Shown piece after piece: positions 31,299 to 41,824 of a DNA stretch of 64,000 bases (positions within the stretch are counted from its first letter, which is position 1; each line of letters starts with the position of its first letter). The position numbers and the translations under genes are program-made. The stretch is from Spirochaetia bacterium. Its GTDB lineage: Bacteria; Spirochaetota; Spirochaetia; UBA9216. The stretch spans positions 3,968,001-4,032,000 of the forward strand of contig OY776510.1 in NCBI GenBank assembly GCA_963675665.1, given 5' to 3'. Under the pieces are notes generated by a model. The model ran no database searches. It was not told the DNA's origin and saw only the letters and a list, made by a program, of their open reading frames with translations.

Positions 31299-32156
31299 TT
31301 ATGGCTTTAACATGCCCATTATACACACAACATCTCCAATGCCAAGCCGTTTTGCAAGCTTATCTGCGGCCTTTTTTACAGGCAGCGGGGCCGTTCCGGC
31401 GGCAAGGCCTCCCCAGGTTGCCGTTTTCAATATCCGGAATCCGTACATACTTATAAGCTTTCGCAATGTCCTGCCTGAAAAAAGGTACATGTGATCAGCA
31501 ATTGCAGATCTCCACCTTTCTCCGAACAGTTTAGCCTGAAAACCGCTGATATCCGGGGTTACAACAATAAAAAGGCCTCCCGGCTTCAACAATCTGGCTG
31601 TTTCTGAAATAAAAGAACACGGATCAATAAGGTGTTCAATAAGATGAGAGCTGTGCACAACATCAAATGATTTATCCGGCAGGCCGGCTGTTTCGATTGT
31701 TCCGGGATATATATCAAGCTGATATTTATTTATGCCGTACATTGCTGCAGGCCGACAGACTTCTATACCTTTTACATTCCAGCCCCGGCCCCGCATATAC
31801 TGCAGCAGACGTCCTGTTGCACAGCCGACATCCAGAAACGACGGCTTTTCATTGTCGCTCCTGATAAAAAAATCGGTCTCAATTTTAAAGAAACCGACGT
31901 CCTTAAGTCCAAGCTTCATCAGCCTGAAAAAAACATCGCTGTTTTCCATTTCATAATCAAAATATTCATTATCATAACGTTTGAGAAGTTCATCTTCAAC
32001 CGGCTGTGGATTCTGAAAAACAAGACCGCATTTACTGCATTTTACAAAAGGAACAGTACTGTTTTTCCAGACAGTACTGGATTTACCGGCTTTGCATAAA
32101 GCACATTCCACGTTTTTGAATTCTTGTTCAGACGGTGTTTTTGAAAAAGTCTTCAT
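31299..32156 (-). CDS. Class I SAM-dependent methyltransferase with N-terminal Cys pairs
   Basis: CALC and CSKC; LDVGCATG; FDVV...HLIEH; LKPGG. Confidence 0.85.
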   Translation of the reverse strand: MKTFSKTPSEQEFKNVECALCKAGKSSTVWKNSTVPFVKCSKCGLVFQNPQPVEDELLKRYDNEYFDYEMENSDVFFRLMKLGLKDVGFFKIETDFFIRSDNEKPSFLDVGCATGRLLQYMRGRGWNVKGIEVCRPAAMYGINKYQLDIYPGTIETAGLPDKSFDVVHSSHLIEHLIDPCSFISETARLLKPGGLFIVVTPDISGFQAKLFGERWRSAIADHMYLFSGRTLRKLISMYGFRILKTATWGGLAAGTAPLPVKKAADKLAKRLGIGDVVCIMGMLKP

Positions 32157-32161
32157 GGACT

Positions 32162-33040
32162 CTACTCAATAACTGTCAACTGGAAAGTCCGGCCCGTCTC
32201 ATTTCCCGAATAATCGCTGACCAGCAGTTCGAATCTTGAATCGCCCGGCACCAGCGTAGTCTCTCCAAAAGAAATGAAGCCGTTATCCGAATAAAAATCT
32301 GAATGACGAAGCTCTGTTTCAGTCTGAACTATAGAATCACCTTCTTCGGACCTGAGCGATTCGAAGTTGACATAAAAAATTTCTTCGCCGTTAAGAAAAA
32401 GATGAATCTTGAACGGCGCCATTCTGCTGTAGTATTTATCAGACATGCACGGATCATACACATCGGCAAGAATTGTTGCTTTTCCTGCCTGGATAATCGC
32501 CTTCCCGTCAACCTGAGTATAACCGGATTCGTTTTCAACTCCGATTTCCTTAATTACAGGAGCCTTGTTGTCCACAATAGAATTTAAAAGCAGAAGAGGA
32601 TTAACAAATTGCTCGAATTCACTGTCTATAACGGAAAAGTACAAATTCGGAGAACCGGGTTCCTCATCGCTTCCGGCCGTACCGAGCACATCAGCGGTTG
32701 TTACAGTTTTCAGGCGGCTTATACCATCAGAAAGGGCCAGCCCTGAATAAAGAGTTCTAATCTTTCGGGTGTGTTCAATTACCGCGAACGGACCGAGTCC
32801 GCCTGGAAGTTCTGAATACCGGCTTCCGCTGTCGTAGAAAATGACTTCTCCGTCTTCTGAAGGCCTTACCTCAACACCTTCTCCGAGAATTTCGATTCCG
32901 CTTCCGAAAGTGTCCCATTTATTCTGGCCGAATGTAGAGGCAACTACCGGTTCGGTAACCGGCCAGTTAAAAGCCTGAACCAATAGAGCCGACAGGGAAA
33001 AAAACAATAATGAAAAGACTATCGACAACCTGTATTTCAA
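32162..33040 (-). CDS. Secreted M23-peptidase-like protein with degenerate active site
   Basis: Signal peptide, WPV...STFG, DGEVIF, VIEH, NPLLLL layout of M23, but no HxxxD or HxH; start probably TTG 33040. Confidence 0.6.
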   Translation of the reverse strand: MKYRLSIVFSLLFFSLSALLVQAFNWPVTEPVVASTFGQNKWDTFGSGIEILGEGVEVRPSEDGEVIFYDSGSRYSELPGGLGPFAVIEHTRKIRTLYSGLALSDGISRLKTVTTADVLGTAGSDEEPGSPNLYFSVIDSEFEQFVNPLLLLNSIVDNKAPVIKEIGVENESGYTQVDGKAIIQAGKATILADVYDPCMSDKYYSRMAPFKIHLFLNGEEIFYVNFESLRSEEGDSIVQTETELRHSDFYSDNGFISFGETTLVPGDSRFELLVSDYSGNETGRTFQLTVIE

Positions 33041-33044
33041 TCTT

Positions 33045-34091
33045 TTACCCCTCAATCAAATCATACCTGACGATAATGTTGCCGGAACCTGCAAAAAAAC
33101 ATTTATCGCATGGATAAAAATATAATTCTCCGGGAGGAAAAGGAAAGTCGGCAATCCTGCCTATATCAGATCTGTATACTTTCAGCAGTCCCTGCTCTTC
33201 TCCTTCCGAGACAAGATAGGATATTTTTTTAACACTCGGAAATACAGCTTTTCTGACCGTGCCTGCAATCTGAACTTCTTTTCTGAGGAAAGTGGCTGTA
33301 CTGTATAAATCAATTCCATCAGGATTTTCAACATAAAGAAGTTTTCCGTCATTGCTGTAATCCAGCAGAAGATTTCTTCTGTATTCATTCTTCATGTTCA
33401 TTCTGAAAACAGGTATATACACTTCATTCCGCAACTCAAAACATACAAGCTGTTGGGGATACAATCCGGTAACCGCAGCTACCCTGTTTCCATCCTCAGT
33501 TACAGCACATGCGTACGCCACAGTATACCGGCTGTCGGTTGAGTAATATGTAAAGACCGGTTCCGGCGCACTGTCATACACCGATATACTGCCGTTGAGA
33601 AGACCCAGAACTATCACTCCTTCTCCGGCATCCATTGATGTTATCATCGAACCTGGTGAAAGCGTTAAGAGTAAATCTCCTTCGCTACTGTATTCCTTCA
33701 CAATCAGCCTGTCCGGAGAAATCACAAAAAATCTGTCATCAATAAAAAACGGAAGGCCCTCAGTTTCAATGCTCCCGACAATTCTGCCTGCAACATCCTG
33801 AATTACCAGTTTATCTGAAACACTGGAATAGTTCAGAAAGATATCGTCGGAAACCGCAGCACCATAGAAAATATTCTCCGAATAAAGGATTCTTCCGTTT
33901 CCGGAAAAATAACCGATTCGGGAATCAAGCATAAAAGGAAAAGCTTCTTCGGAATAAACTGCTTCGCTGTTTTCTATCGATGAAACCCAGGACGGAAGAA
34001 ATAAAATCTCCTTGGTTAATTGCTCAGGGAAGAAAATCATATACCCGGTCAAGAGGATAAAAAACAGGATTAAAAAAAATCTTTTTTTCAT
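33045..34091 (-). CDS. Membrane-anchored putative beta-propeller protein
   Basis: N-terminal TM and beta-strand-rich repeats (GLLNGSISVYD, VTEDGNRVAAV, YSNDGKLLYV). Confidence 0.55.
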   Translation of the reverse strand: MKKRFFLILFFILLTGYMIFFPEQLTKEILFLPSWVSSIENSEAVYSEEAFPFMLDSRIGYFSGNGRILYSENIFYGAAVSDDIFLNYSSVSDKLVIQDVAGRIVGSIETEGLPFFIDDRFFVISPDRLIVKEYSSEGDLLLTLSPGSMITSMDAGEGVIVLGLLNGSISVYDSAPEPVFTYYSTDSRYTVAYACAVTEDGNRVAAVTGLYPQQLVCFELRNEVYIPVFRMNMKNEYRRNLLLDYSNDGKLLYVENPDGIDLYSTATFLRKEVQIAGTVRKAVFPSVKKISYLVSEGEEQGLLKVYRSDIGRIADFPFPPGELYFYPCDKCFFAGSGNIIVRYDLIEG

Positions 34092-34163
34092 AGCACTCCA
34101 GTCAATTGCATCCTATACTATTACATATGATGCTGTCAAACGGGGCAATATAAGGAGCAAAAA

Positions 34164-34598
34164 ATGAGTAATGATAGATTTGATGCTGAACAATTATTAA
34201 AAGAAGCGGCAAAAGCTTCTGAAATGTCATATTCTCCTTATTCCAATTTCACGGTCGGAGCAGCGCTTCTCTGTACCGACGGCGATATTATTACAGCCGC
34301 CAATGTAGAAAACCGCTCATACGGTCTGACTATCTGCGCTGAACGCAGCGCTATCGTAAAGGCTGTATCACTGGGAAAGACCGGGTTCGCGGCCCTGGCT
34401 GTTTACTGCGGTAAAGCAGACTACCCGGTTTCACCATGCGGCGCCTGCAGACAGGTTATAACAGAATTTTCGGCTCCGGACATGCCGGTTTACTTCAGCG
34501 GCAAAGATACAGGCAACAGAGTTGAAACCACCGCGGGAGAACTTCTCCCTTTTGACGCCCTTAAGGAAATGAAAGAGGGAAAGTATAGCAAAACCTGA
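34164..34598 (+). CDS. cdd: Cytidine deaminase (tetrameric Cys type)
   Basis: YSPYSNFTVGAAL, NVEN.SYGLTICAERSA, SPCGACRQ. Confidence 0.95.
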   Translation: MSNDRFDAEQLLKEAAKASEMSYSPYSNFTVGAALLCTDGDIITAANVENRSYGLTICAERSAIVKAVSLGKTGFAALAVYCGKADYPVSPCGACRQVITEFSAPDMPVYFSGKDTGNRVETTAGELLPFDALKEMKEGKYSKT

Positions 34599-34618
34599 CG
34601 CTTTGATTTAAATTTTAT

Positions 34619-35422
34619 TTAAGAAGAAGATTCTTTCTTTTTTGAATCCTGATCCATCTTGGATTTCCAGATATCGATTTTCTTTTTCAGCTCATTGGCT
34701 TCTTCAGGTTCGCCTACGAGCGCATTGAGTCTTCTAAGACTTCCAAGAAAATTAATCGCAAGTTTAAAATCATCTATCCTTAGGGTCGACAGCTCATATT
34801 TTTCCCTGTAGCCGTCGGCAGAAGTCTGAAGAAGCCTCTTTACAAGCTTCAGATGTGCAAACCTCTCCTGGTAGAATTCCGCACGCGGATCAAGTCCGGC
34901 CATCAAAGTTTTCAGATTCAGCAGATTTTTTGCCACTACAGCAAACCGGCCTTCTATCTCTACAAAAGACCATTTCCACTTGGTATTTTCTCCGAATGCG
35001 TCCTTTATCGACTGGATAGAGAATCCGAGCTTCCTGATTAAAGCCCATCTTTTCGCTTCGTTGACAGCAGCTATCTTTTCAAGATGATCTTCGTATTCTG
35101 AAAACGGTACATCAATTAAATTTGAAACAGTATTTTCAAGATTGATAATTGCTTTGTAACAGGTTTTTCTGGCTTCGTTAAGATATGCATCATTCTTTAT
35201 CCCCAGCAATGCAACAGAAAGATTATTCATAAAAACCAGATATGAAACAATATTGAGATTTACATCAGATGCCTGAAGGTGTAACAGACCTGCTTTTTCC
35301 CTGTCGGATCTTGCTTTTGCTGCCAGACCTGCTTCCTTTTTACGCAGCTGCTCAAGTTCATCTTTGTATTCCTTTAATTTCCCAGTGTACTGTTCTTTAG
35401 CCTGCGCACTTATCTTTCCCAA
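34619..35422 (-). CDS. Hypothetical alpha-helical protein
   Basis: 267-aa ORF starting 8 bp below the recN stop; no recognisable motif. Confidence 0.7.
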   Translation of the reverse strand: MGKISAQAKEQYTGKLKEYKDELEQLRKKEAGLAAKARSDREKAGLLHLQASDVNLNIVSYLVFMNNLSVALLGIKNDAYLNEARKTCYKAIINLENTVSNLIDVPFSEYEDHLEKIAAVNEAKRWALIRKLGFSIQSIKDAFGENTKWKWSFVEIEGRFAVVAKNLLNLKTLMAGLDPRAEFYQERFAHLKLVKRLLQTSADGYREKYELSTLRIDDFKLAINFLGSLRRLNALVGEPEEANELKKKIDIWKSKMDQDSKKKESSS

Positions 35423-35429
35423 ATTCCAG

Positions 35430-37127
35430 TCAACCTCCTGCCGATTGAGCCGCTTTGGTCAGAAGCTCCTCGGCATGTTTCAACGACACATCCGCATTCG
35501 TGTCGCCGGATAACATTCTAGCAATTTCTTTAGTCCTTTCTTCGCCGGAGATACTCCGTATTTCAGTAAACGTTCTTCCTTCTTCGGAAATTTTACTTAC
35601 TCTTATATGATTATCGGCACGTACAGCTATTGACGCAAGATGTGTTATACAGAGAATTTGCTTATAACGCGACAATTTATACATATGTTCACCGACTGAT
35701 ACCGCAATCTCGCCTCCGATACCCGAGTCAATTTCATCAAACACCATACAATCAACGGTATCATTTCCTGCAAGCACCGATTTGATTGCGAGCATAACCC
35801 TGGAAATCTCCCCGCCCGATGCAATGTTGCGCAACTTTTTGGGTGGTTCGCCCTGGTTTGGAGAAATCAGAAATTCAACGAAATCAAAACCGTTAGGCCC
35901 GCATGACGGCTTGCCGTTATCGCCGATTTTATTTTCAACAATTATCCTGAATTCCGCTTTGGGCATTCCAAGGGTTTTCAGCTGTCCCTGAATAGCCTTC
36001 TGGAGCCCATCCGCTGCAGCACGACGATTTTTGGACAATTCCGAAGCCTGCTGTAATACCAATCTTTCAAGGTTGCCGATTTTTTCTGTATATCCCGCTT
36101 TTATTTCTTCCTGGTTTTCAACACTACTTACTTTATTCCGGCTGTCTTCAAGAAAACTGAAAATTTCTTCTACTGTATCTCCATACTTCTTTCTTAGTCT
36201 CAGGAGTTCAGAAAGACGTTCTTCACAGGCTGAAAGCTTTTCCGGGCTGAAACTGAAATCGTTCTTGTATTTTTCAATGCCGTCCAGTATGTCTTCAGTT
36301 TCGTAAAATGCATTTTCAAGTCTTCCGTAAGCCTCCTCAAAAGACTGATCGATACTGCTTAACCCTTTCAGAAAACCCAATCCTTTTCGAAGACCGTTTA
36401 AAGCTCCGCCTGTAGATTCGTTCAGACTTGTGTGTACCTGTTCAAAAAGGATGAAAAGTTTTTCTGCCTGTGAAAGCAGCCTGTGCTCATTTTCCAGCTG
36501 TTCAATTTCACCGGGCTTCAGTTCGGCAGCCTCTATCTCTTTCACGGCAAACGCCGCAATATCGGCTTCTCTTAACAGATTACGTTCATCCGAAACAAGT
36601 TTCTGATATTCCTTCTTTAAAATATTAAGGTCAATAAAGTCTGTTTTGAGTTTCTCGGCCGCATTTTTTAAACCGGCAAAACTGTCGAGAAGTTTACGAT
36701 GATTCTCAACAGAAAGCAGAGACTGGTGTTCATGCTGACCGTGAATATCAAACATCAGCGAAGTAAATTCTGCAATATCGTTTTTCGTTGAAGGTATTGA
36801 TTGAATAAATATATTTCCGCGTCCTGATGTTTTAAGGATCCTTCTCAGTATAACCCGGCCTTCATCAGTAACGATTTCATGCTCATCAAGCCATTTAAGC
36901 GCATCCTGATTGCCGGAAACATTTATTACTGCAGACACTTCGGTTTCATCTGCACCGGTCCGGATGACCGAAACATCACCCTTCTCGCCTAAAACAAGAT
37001 TTAACGCACCGATTATTACCGATTTTCCGGCACCGGTTTCCCCGGACAGGATATTGAAACCGCTTCCGAATTCTACAGTCAGCTTATCAGCAAGCGCATA
37101 ATTTTTTATATACAGAACTTCAATCAT
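35430..37127 (-). CDS. recN: DNA repair protein RecN
   Basis: GETGAGKS, DIHGQHEHQ, IASGGEISR, FDEIDSGIGG, CITHL, EIARMLSG. Confidence 0.97.
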   Translation of the reverse strand: MIEVLYIKNYALADKLTVEFGSGFNILSGETGAGKSVIIGALNLVLGEKGDVSVIRTGADETEVSAVINVSGNQDALKWLDEHEIVTDEGRVILRRILKTSGRGNIFIQSIPSTKNDIAEFTSLMFDIHGQHEHQSLLSVENHRKLLDSFAGLKNAAEKLKTDFIDLNILKKEYQKLVSDERNLLREADIAAFAVKEIEAAELKPGEIEQLENEHRLLSQAEKLFILFEQVHTSLNESTGGALNGLRKGLGFLKGLSSIDQSFEEAYGRLENAFYETEDILDGIEKYKNDFSFSPEKLSACEERLSELLRLRKKYGDTVEEIFSFLEDSRNKVSSVENQEEIKAGYTEKIGNLERLVLQQASELSKNRRAAADGLQKAIQGQLKTLGMPKAEFRIIVENKIGDNGKPSCGPNGFDFVEFLISPNQGEPPKKLRNIASGGEISRVMLAIKSVLAGNDTVDCMVFDEIDSGIGGEIAVSVGEHMYKLSRYKQILCITHLASIAVRADNHIRVSKISEEGRTFTEIRSISGEERTKEIARMLSGDTNADVSLKHAEELLTKAAQSAGG

Positions 37128-37974
37128 CCGGACCTCCGGACCACTTGAGTTTTTTTCTTAATATCTCGTAAAAATTACGTTTGTCCGAGCTGATGATTAA
37201 TGCTTTTTCGGCTGCCTGCTCGAAACAGACGACATCATTCGGCTTGAGGGGAAAAACGGTTTGCCCGTCAACAGTCAGGATAACCTCGGCCCTTTGCTCA
37301 GACTCAATCGAGACCTGAATTTTCTTGTCGGAATGAACAACAATCGGCCGGTTTGAAAGCGTAAACGGGCATATGGGGTTTAAAAGTACAGCATCCATTT
37401 CAGGCTCCAGAAGCGGTCCCCCGGCAGCAGCTGAATACGCGGTGGAACCCGTAGGTGTGGACACTATTATTCCGTCGGCCCGATACCTTCCGAGCAGGGT
37501 GGCATTCAGCTTGACTTCAAGCCGAATCATCTTGGATATTCCGTATGCTGAAATAACCGAATCGTTAAGACAATGGTATTCAGCAACCTCTTTGCCGCCA
37601 CGAATAACCGAAGCCTTAAGCATAAGTCTGCGGCTTAAAGACAGCTTGCCGTCTAGATATTCCTCAAAGGTTTCACGCCATTCGTCCTTGGACACCTCGG
37701 TTATAAAACCAAAATTACCCATATTTACGGCAAGTACCGGGACTTCAAGCTTTGCCAGAGTTCTGGCGGAGAAAAGGACTGTTCCGTCTCCACCGAGAGC
37801 AAAAGCTATATCCGCATCATGTACCTCGGGCTCTATCGGCTCTCCACTGTAACTGAAAACAGTATAGATTATCCCCCTCGAATCGAGATAATCAGTGATT
37901 TCCCCGACAAGTTGCTCTGCTTCAGGTTTGAGCAGATTCACAATTATTACAGCCTTTTTTATATTTATTCCCAT
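37120..37974 (-). CDS. nadK: NAD(+) kinase
   Basis: GGDGT, LND, DGIIVSTPTGSTAYS.AAGGP, PICP. Confidence 0.95.
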   Translation of the reverse strand: MGINIKKAVIIVNLLKPEAEQLVGEITDYLDSRGIIYTVFSYSGEPIEPEVHDADIAFALGGDGTVLFSARTLAKLEVPVLAVNMGNFGFITEVSKDEWRETFEEYLDGKLSLSRRLMLKASVIRGGKEVAEYHCLNDSVISAYGISKMIRLEVKLNATLLGRYRADGIIVSTPTGSTAYSAAAGGPLLEPEMDAVLLNPICPFTLSNRPIVVHSDKKIQVSIESEQRAEVILTVDGQTVFPLKPNDVVCFEQAAEKALIISSDKRNFYEILRKKLKWSGGPDD

Positions 37975-38007
37975 AATTTCAAAACCAAGCTTAACTCATT
38001 ATTCAGC

Positions 38008-39030
38008 TCAAGGCAATGACGACAATACCCTGGAAATAACAGAAATATTACTTTTACCGAGCATAGGGTATAACGGAAAGTTGACACAGCGCAACAGCAG
38101 GGTCTTGGCATTAGGGCACTGTGTTTGCACTTCATCAGAATATGCCGCGATTGAACCGGAGAAAGCCGGCTCCGTTATGACATTTTTTTTCCTCGCGTAA
38201 GCGGCCACCTCATGTATGCCTGTTTCAAGAACAACCGGGAAACTGTAGTTTACATTTTCAGCGTCACCCTTTTGTATCAGTTTTTTATGTCGCGTTCTCA
38301 TTAATGATTTTGAGAAGATATCGGCTATCTCGCTGCGTCCATCAAGATATTCCTCAAGACTTTTAAGCTGAACAATCCCAAGTGAGGCATTCATATCAGG
38401 AAGAAATACAGTCTGATGCAGATCATCAGTCATTTGAGTCAGTTGCGCAACGTCCTTTCTTGAGGATGCAAGAACAGCGGCGCCGCCGCCTGTTGTAATA
38501 AGGCCGTCCTCATCAAGGTTCAGAACCGTAAATCTGCCGAAAGTACCGGCCTTCTTGCCGTCTGTTTCAGCGCCCAGAGCCATGGAAATATCTTCAATTA
38601 TCAGGAGCCCTGTTTCCATAATTCTCTCCATATCAGGAACAAAGCCCATTTCATAGTTAACGATTATCGCCTTCGCATCTTCCGCCGCCGATTCAACAAG
38701 TTCGATATCTATAAGCGACGTGTCGGGATCGACATCTGCAATCAGGGGTTCAAGACCTGCTTCTTCAAGAACCATGGAGTACAGATTAGGCGCCAGTGCA
38801 GAAACTATAACGGAATCACCCTTTTCCAGCTCAAGCCCGTCAACAGCTGCTTTCACCGCTCTGTAATACTCCTTGAATGCGATACCGCCTTTCAGTCCCA
38901 GATATTCCGAGACATCCTTGATAAATTGTGCTGCGGCTTTTCCGAAGCCTATTCGATCCGAGACCATACAGTTTAATACTGCATCCATCTCTTTCCGTTT
39001 AATTGAGGGTTTAAATACAGATATGTTCAT
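38008..39030 (-). CDS. DegT/DnrJ/EryC1/StrS aminotransferase-like protein (catalytic Lys apparently absent)
   Basis: Family layout GDSVIV, DVDPDT..ID, IIED...ALGA, ITTGGG, FPLYP. Confidence 0.75.
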   Translation of the reverse strand: MNISVFKPSIKRKEMDAVLNCMVSDRIGFGKAAAQFIKDVSEYLGLKGGIAFKEYYRAVKAAVDGLELEKGDSVIVSALAPNLYSMVLEEAGLEPLIADVDPDTSLIDIELVESAAEDAKAIIVNYEMGFVPDMERIMETGLLIIEDISMALGAETDGKKAGTFGRFTVLNLDEDGLITTGGGAAVLASSRKDVAQLTQMTDDLHQTVFLPDMNASLGIVQLKSLEEYLDGRSEIADIFSKSLMRTRHKKLIQKGDAENVNYSFPVVLETGIHEVAAYARKKNVITEPAFSGSIAAYSDEVQTQCPNAKTLLLRCVNFPLYPMLGKSNISVISRVLSSLP

Positions 39031-39049
39031 TTATTTAGTATCCTGATGA

Positions 39050-39526
39050 TTAATTGAAATCTCCGAGAGCCTGTAACTCTTTTGGATCAAAAAGCCTGCT
39101 TATATCAAGAATAATCAGGTATCCGTCGTTTTCTTTAACTACACCCTGAATATACTCCGTGCCGATACCCGATATCATCTGCGGCGGAGGCTGGATTTCA
39201 GATTGCTCTATAGTCATTACCCTGGAAACTTTATCGATGTAGACACCGATAAACCTGTCATTAATTTTGATAATCATAAAACCGCTGAGCATCTGATCTT
39301 CTTCGCTCAAATCAGCCTTGCGCAGATGAAACCGCTTATGCAGGCTGATAATAGGGATTATATTCCCTCTGAGATTGAAAATACCCTCGACGTATGCAGG
39401 AGCGTTCGGGATTGTTCTGATTTCCCTGACCTTCTGAATCTCCTTAACATTCATTATATCTATACCGTACAGCTCTTCACCCAGTTGAAATGTAACCAGT
39501 TGAAGTTGTTCATCATGGTCTGCCAT
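39050..39526 (-). CDS. cheW: Chemotaxis coupling protein CheW
   Basis: QLVTFQLGEELYGIDI..VKEI, IPNAPAYVEGIFNLRGNIIPII; start refined to ATG 39526. Confidence 0.95.
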   Translation of the reverse strand: MADHDEQLQLVTFQLGEELYGIDIMNVKEIQKVREIRTIPNAPAYVEGIFNLRGNIIPIISLHKRFHLRKADLSEEDQMLSGFMIIKINDRFIGVYIDKVSRVMTIEQSEIQPPPQMISGIGTEYIQGVVKENDGYLIILDISRLFDPKELQALGDFN

Positions 39527-39661
39527 GCCGCCTCCTGTCTGATAAATAACTCTATTATAATACAATATTATCGAAAAACATCAATGATATAATTCTACTA
39601 ATCTTGCTTCTCGATTGCAACTGAAAAAGCTGATTACCGCCTTGGTAAACGTGGATAAACG

Positions 39662-41800
39662 TTATCTATCTCTTGACGGGCTGTCTTCAACCCATTCCAT
39701 CAGAGTTTTCATTTCTTCAGTATCAGCGGCACGGGCAGCCTCATTTCGGGTCATGTCAAGATAATCAAATTTCCCGGCCAATTCAGGATTGATTTCCCTG
39801 AGTTTGCTGTAATTTTTATTAACAAAACCATAATTCTCAAGTTCATGGTGCGTGCGCGCCAAGCCGAGAAGAACAGCCGGGCTGGAAGGGTTCAGGGCTT
39901 CCGCTTTCCCGTAATAGGATAGAGCGTCTGCCGGTCGCTTTTTTACCAGCATAATATTTCCTGCATTTATAAGAGCGGGAAGATATTCCGAATCAAAAGA
40001 TAAAATTTTCAAAAAATTATATTCTGCCTTATCAGTTAATCCGTAACGCGCATAAAGAGTTCCCAGACTATTAAGCAGCCTTGAGGACTCACCTTCCGAT
40101 GCAATTCTTTCTTCTATTTTATTCACTTTGGGATAAATTTCACTTTCAACAACAGTCTGAAATTCTTTTCCATATGCTTCTTTAACAATTTCGTCATCAG
40201 GTACTGTTATCTGGCCGGCCTGCCCGGGAATTCCAACCGGTTCAAAAACCCGCCATGCTTCATGAGTCGGATAAAGCCTGGCCTCGCCTTCGAACTCAGC
40301 TTCACGCCACTGCCTGCCCCCTTTCTTCCATGCGGAATAAAAACCTCCGGCAAGTTCGGTAATCTCATAAGGAACCCATACAGTGCCGTTGCTGACTATA
40401 AAATCATCACGGCTGCTAAAAACAGCTTCCGCTTCATCCGGGCTTACCCCTGCTTCAAAGGCGATGTAGATATGTCCGGGAACTGTGATAAACGCGGTTT
40501 CGATACCCACTGATTCAAAAAGAGCACAATTCAGAATTGACAGATCATCACAGTCGCCTGCCCGGTATTGCAGAGTCTGCCGGGGGAATTGCAGAAAATC
40601 CAGAACCATTGCGTCTTCAAATGACGGGTTTTGAGTTTCCGGATCTGTGACATAACTTATTCCGTACAATCTCATTATCTCGTTAAGAGCTATTGCGGTT
40701 CTTATGTTCTGACTGATAACTCCGCTGCCGTTCTCACGGGCTATTCCTGCAGCGGTCTTTGCCATGGTCAGAACAACCGGTTCTTTGGAAGTGACAAAAG
40801 CGGCAACCTTTCGATCATCATCCCAGATCGTTGCATTTCTGTTATATATCCTTACCGTTTCGATATACGTTTCCTGATACTCCAGACCGTCGAAATCATA
40901 GTTAAGTACAAGCTCTGCAGAAACCTTTGTCCCCTCGGTGATCTCCAGGATATTATCAGTAAACAGGGCAAAGAGCTCGACCGGTTCTTCTCCCCCCGGT
41001 TCAAGTAATTTAAGCGTGCTGCAGGTCTTGGGATTATCCATATATTTTTTAATAAACAGATTCAGACTGATATTTTCAATCGGTATATCAGTATTATTCG
41101 TCATAATTCCGGATCCGATTGAATGGTCGTCATAATAAGTATAAAATACCGGGAAAATATCAGTAATATTAAAATCATTCAGTACGAGTCTGTTTGATTC
41201 CGCCGCCTGCTGAAGCGGCACAGGTTCGCAGATCACAGGCCCTGATGATTTATCCGTACCTTTTATTTTGATTATTCCAGCCAGAGAAACTGCCGCGCCC
41301 TGATATAAGCCCATATAATTTTTATAACTTCCTTCCAGTCCCAGACTGAACCCGGAGTTAAAAGAAAATATCGTCCCAACGACAGGTTTTATAAACGGGT
41401 TTCCTCCGCCCGGTCCTGTACCGTTATTCAGCATACTGTAAAAATATCCTCCGCAGACTCCGAGATATACCGACAGCCATGAAGCCGGGTCAAGCAGAAT
41501 ACCTGCTTCAGGACCGACAGAAATGGCCGAAACCGCAGTATTCAGCTCAACCGGCAGATAATCATATCCCGCACGAAAACCCGAATAAAGCATCGGAACC
41601 GATCGGAATTTATATTTCATGACCACATCGCATCCAGCCCCTGCTGAAAAGAAATCCGTGTTGTCTTTCCCCAGGGGAAAACCGTATCCCGGGAAAATAC
41701 CGATAGACAGTGACGGTTCAATACTGTCGTCCGCCGGGACTTCTGACAAAACAATGCTGAACATTAAAAGAATAAGCGGCAAGATTTTTTTGATATTCAT
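39662..41800 (-). CDS. Exported beta-barrel-like / transglutaminase-like (GDCDD) / TPR protein, paralog 1
   Basis: Signal peptide; about 150 aa of Gly/aromatic amphipathic strands; FPRQTLQYRAGDCDDL, PGHIY, WVPYEIT; C-terminal TPRs. Confidence 0.75.
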   Translation of the reverse strand: MNIKKILPLILLMFSIVLSEVPADDSIEPSLSIGIFPGYGFPLGKDNTDFFSAGAGCDVVMKYKFRSVPMLYSGFRAGYDYLPVELNTAVSAISVGPEAGILLDPASWLSVYLGVCGGYFYSMLNNGTGPGGGNPFIKPVVGTIFSFNSGFSLGLEGSYKNYMGLYQGAAVSLAGIIKIKGTDKSSGPVICEPVPLQQAAESNRLVLNDFNITDIFPVFYTYYDDHSIGSGIMTNNTDIPIENISLNLFIKKYMDNPKTCSTLKLLEPGGEEPVELFALFTDNILEITEGTKVSAELVLNYDFDGLEYQETYIETVRIYNRNATIWDDDRKVAAFVTSKEPVVLTMAKTAAGIARENGSGVISQNIRTAIALNEIMRLYGISYVTDPETQNPSFEDAMVLDFLQFPRQTLQYRAGDCDDLSILNCALFESVGIETAFITVPGHIYIAFEAGVSPDEAEAVFSSRDDFIVSNGTVWVPYEITELAGGFYSAWKKGGRQWREAEFEGEARLYPTHEAWRVFEPVGIPGQAGQITVPDDEIVKEAYGKEFQTVVESEIYPKVNKIEERIASEGESSRLLNSLGTLYARYGLTDKAEYNFLKILSFDSEYLPALINAGNIMLVKKRPADALSYYGKAEALNPSSPAVLLGLARTHHELENYGFVNKNYSKLREINPELAGKFDYLDMTRNEAARAADTEEMKTLMEWVEDSPSRDR

Positions 41801-41824
41801 CTTTATTTATAACCCCTTAGTTGT

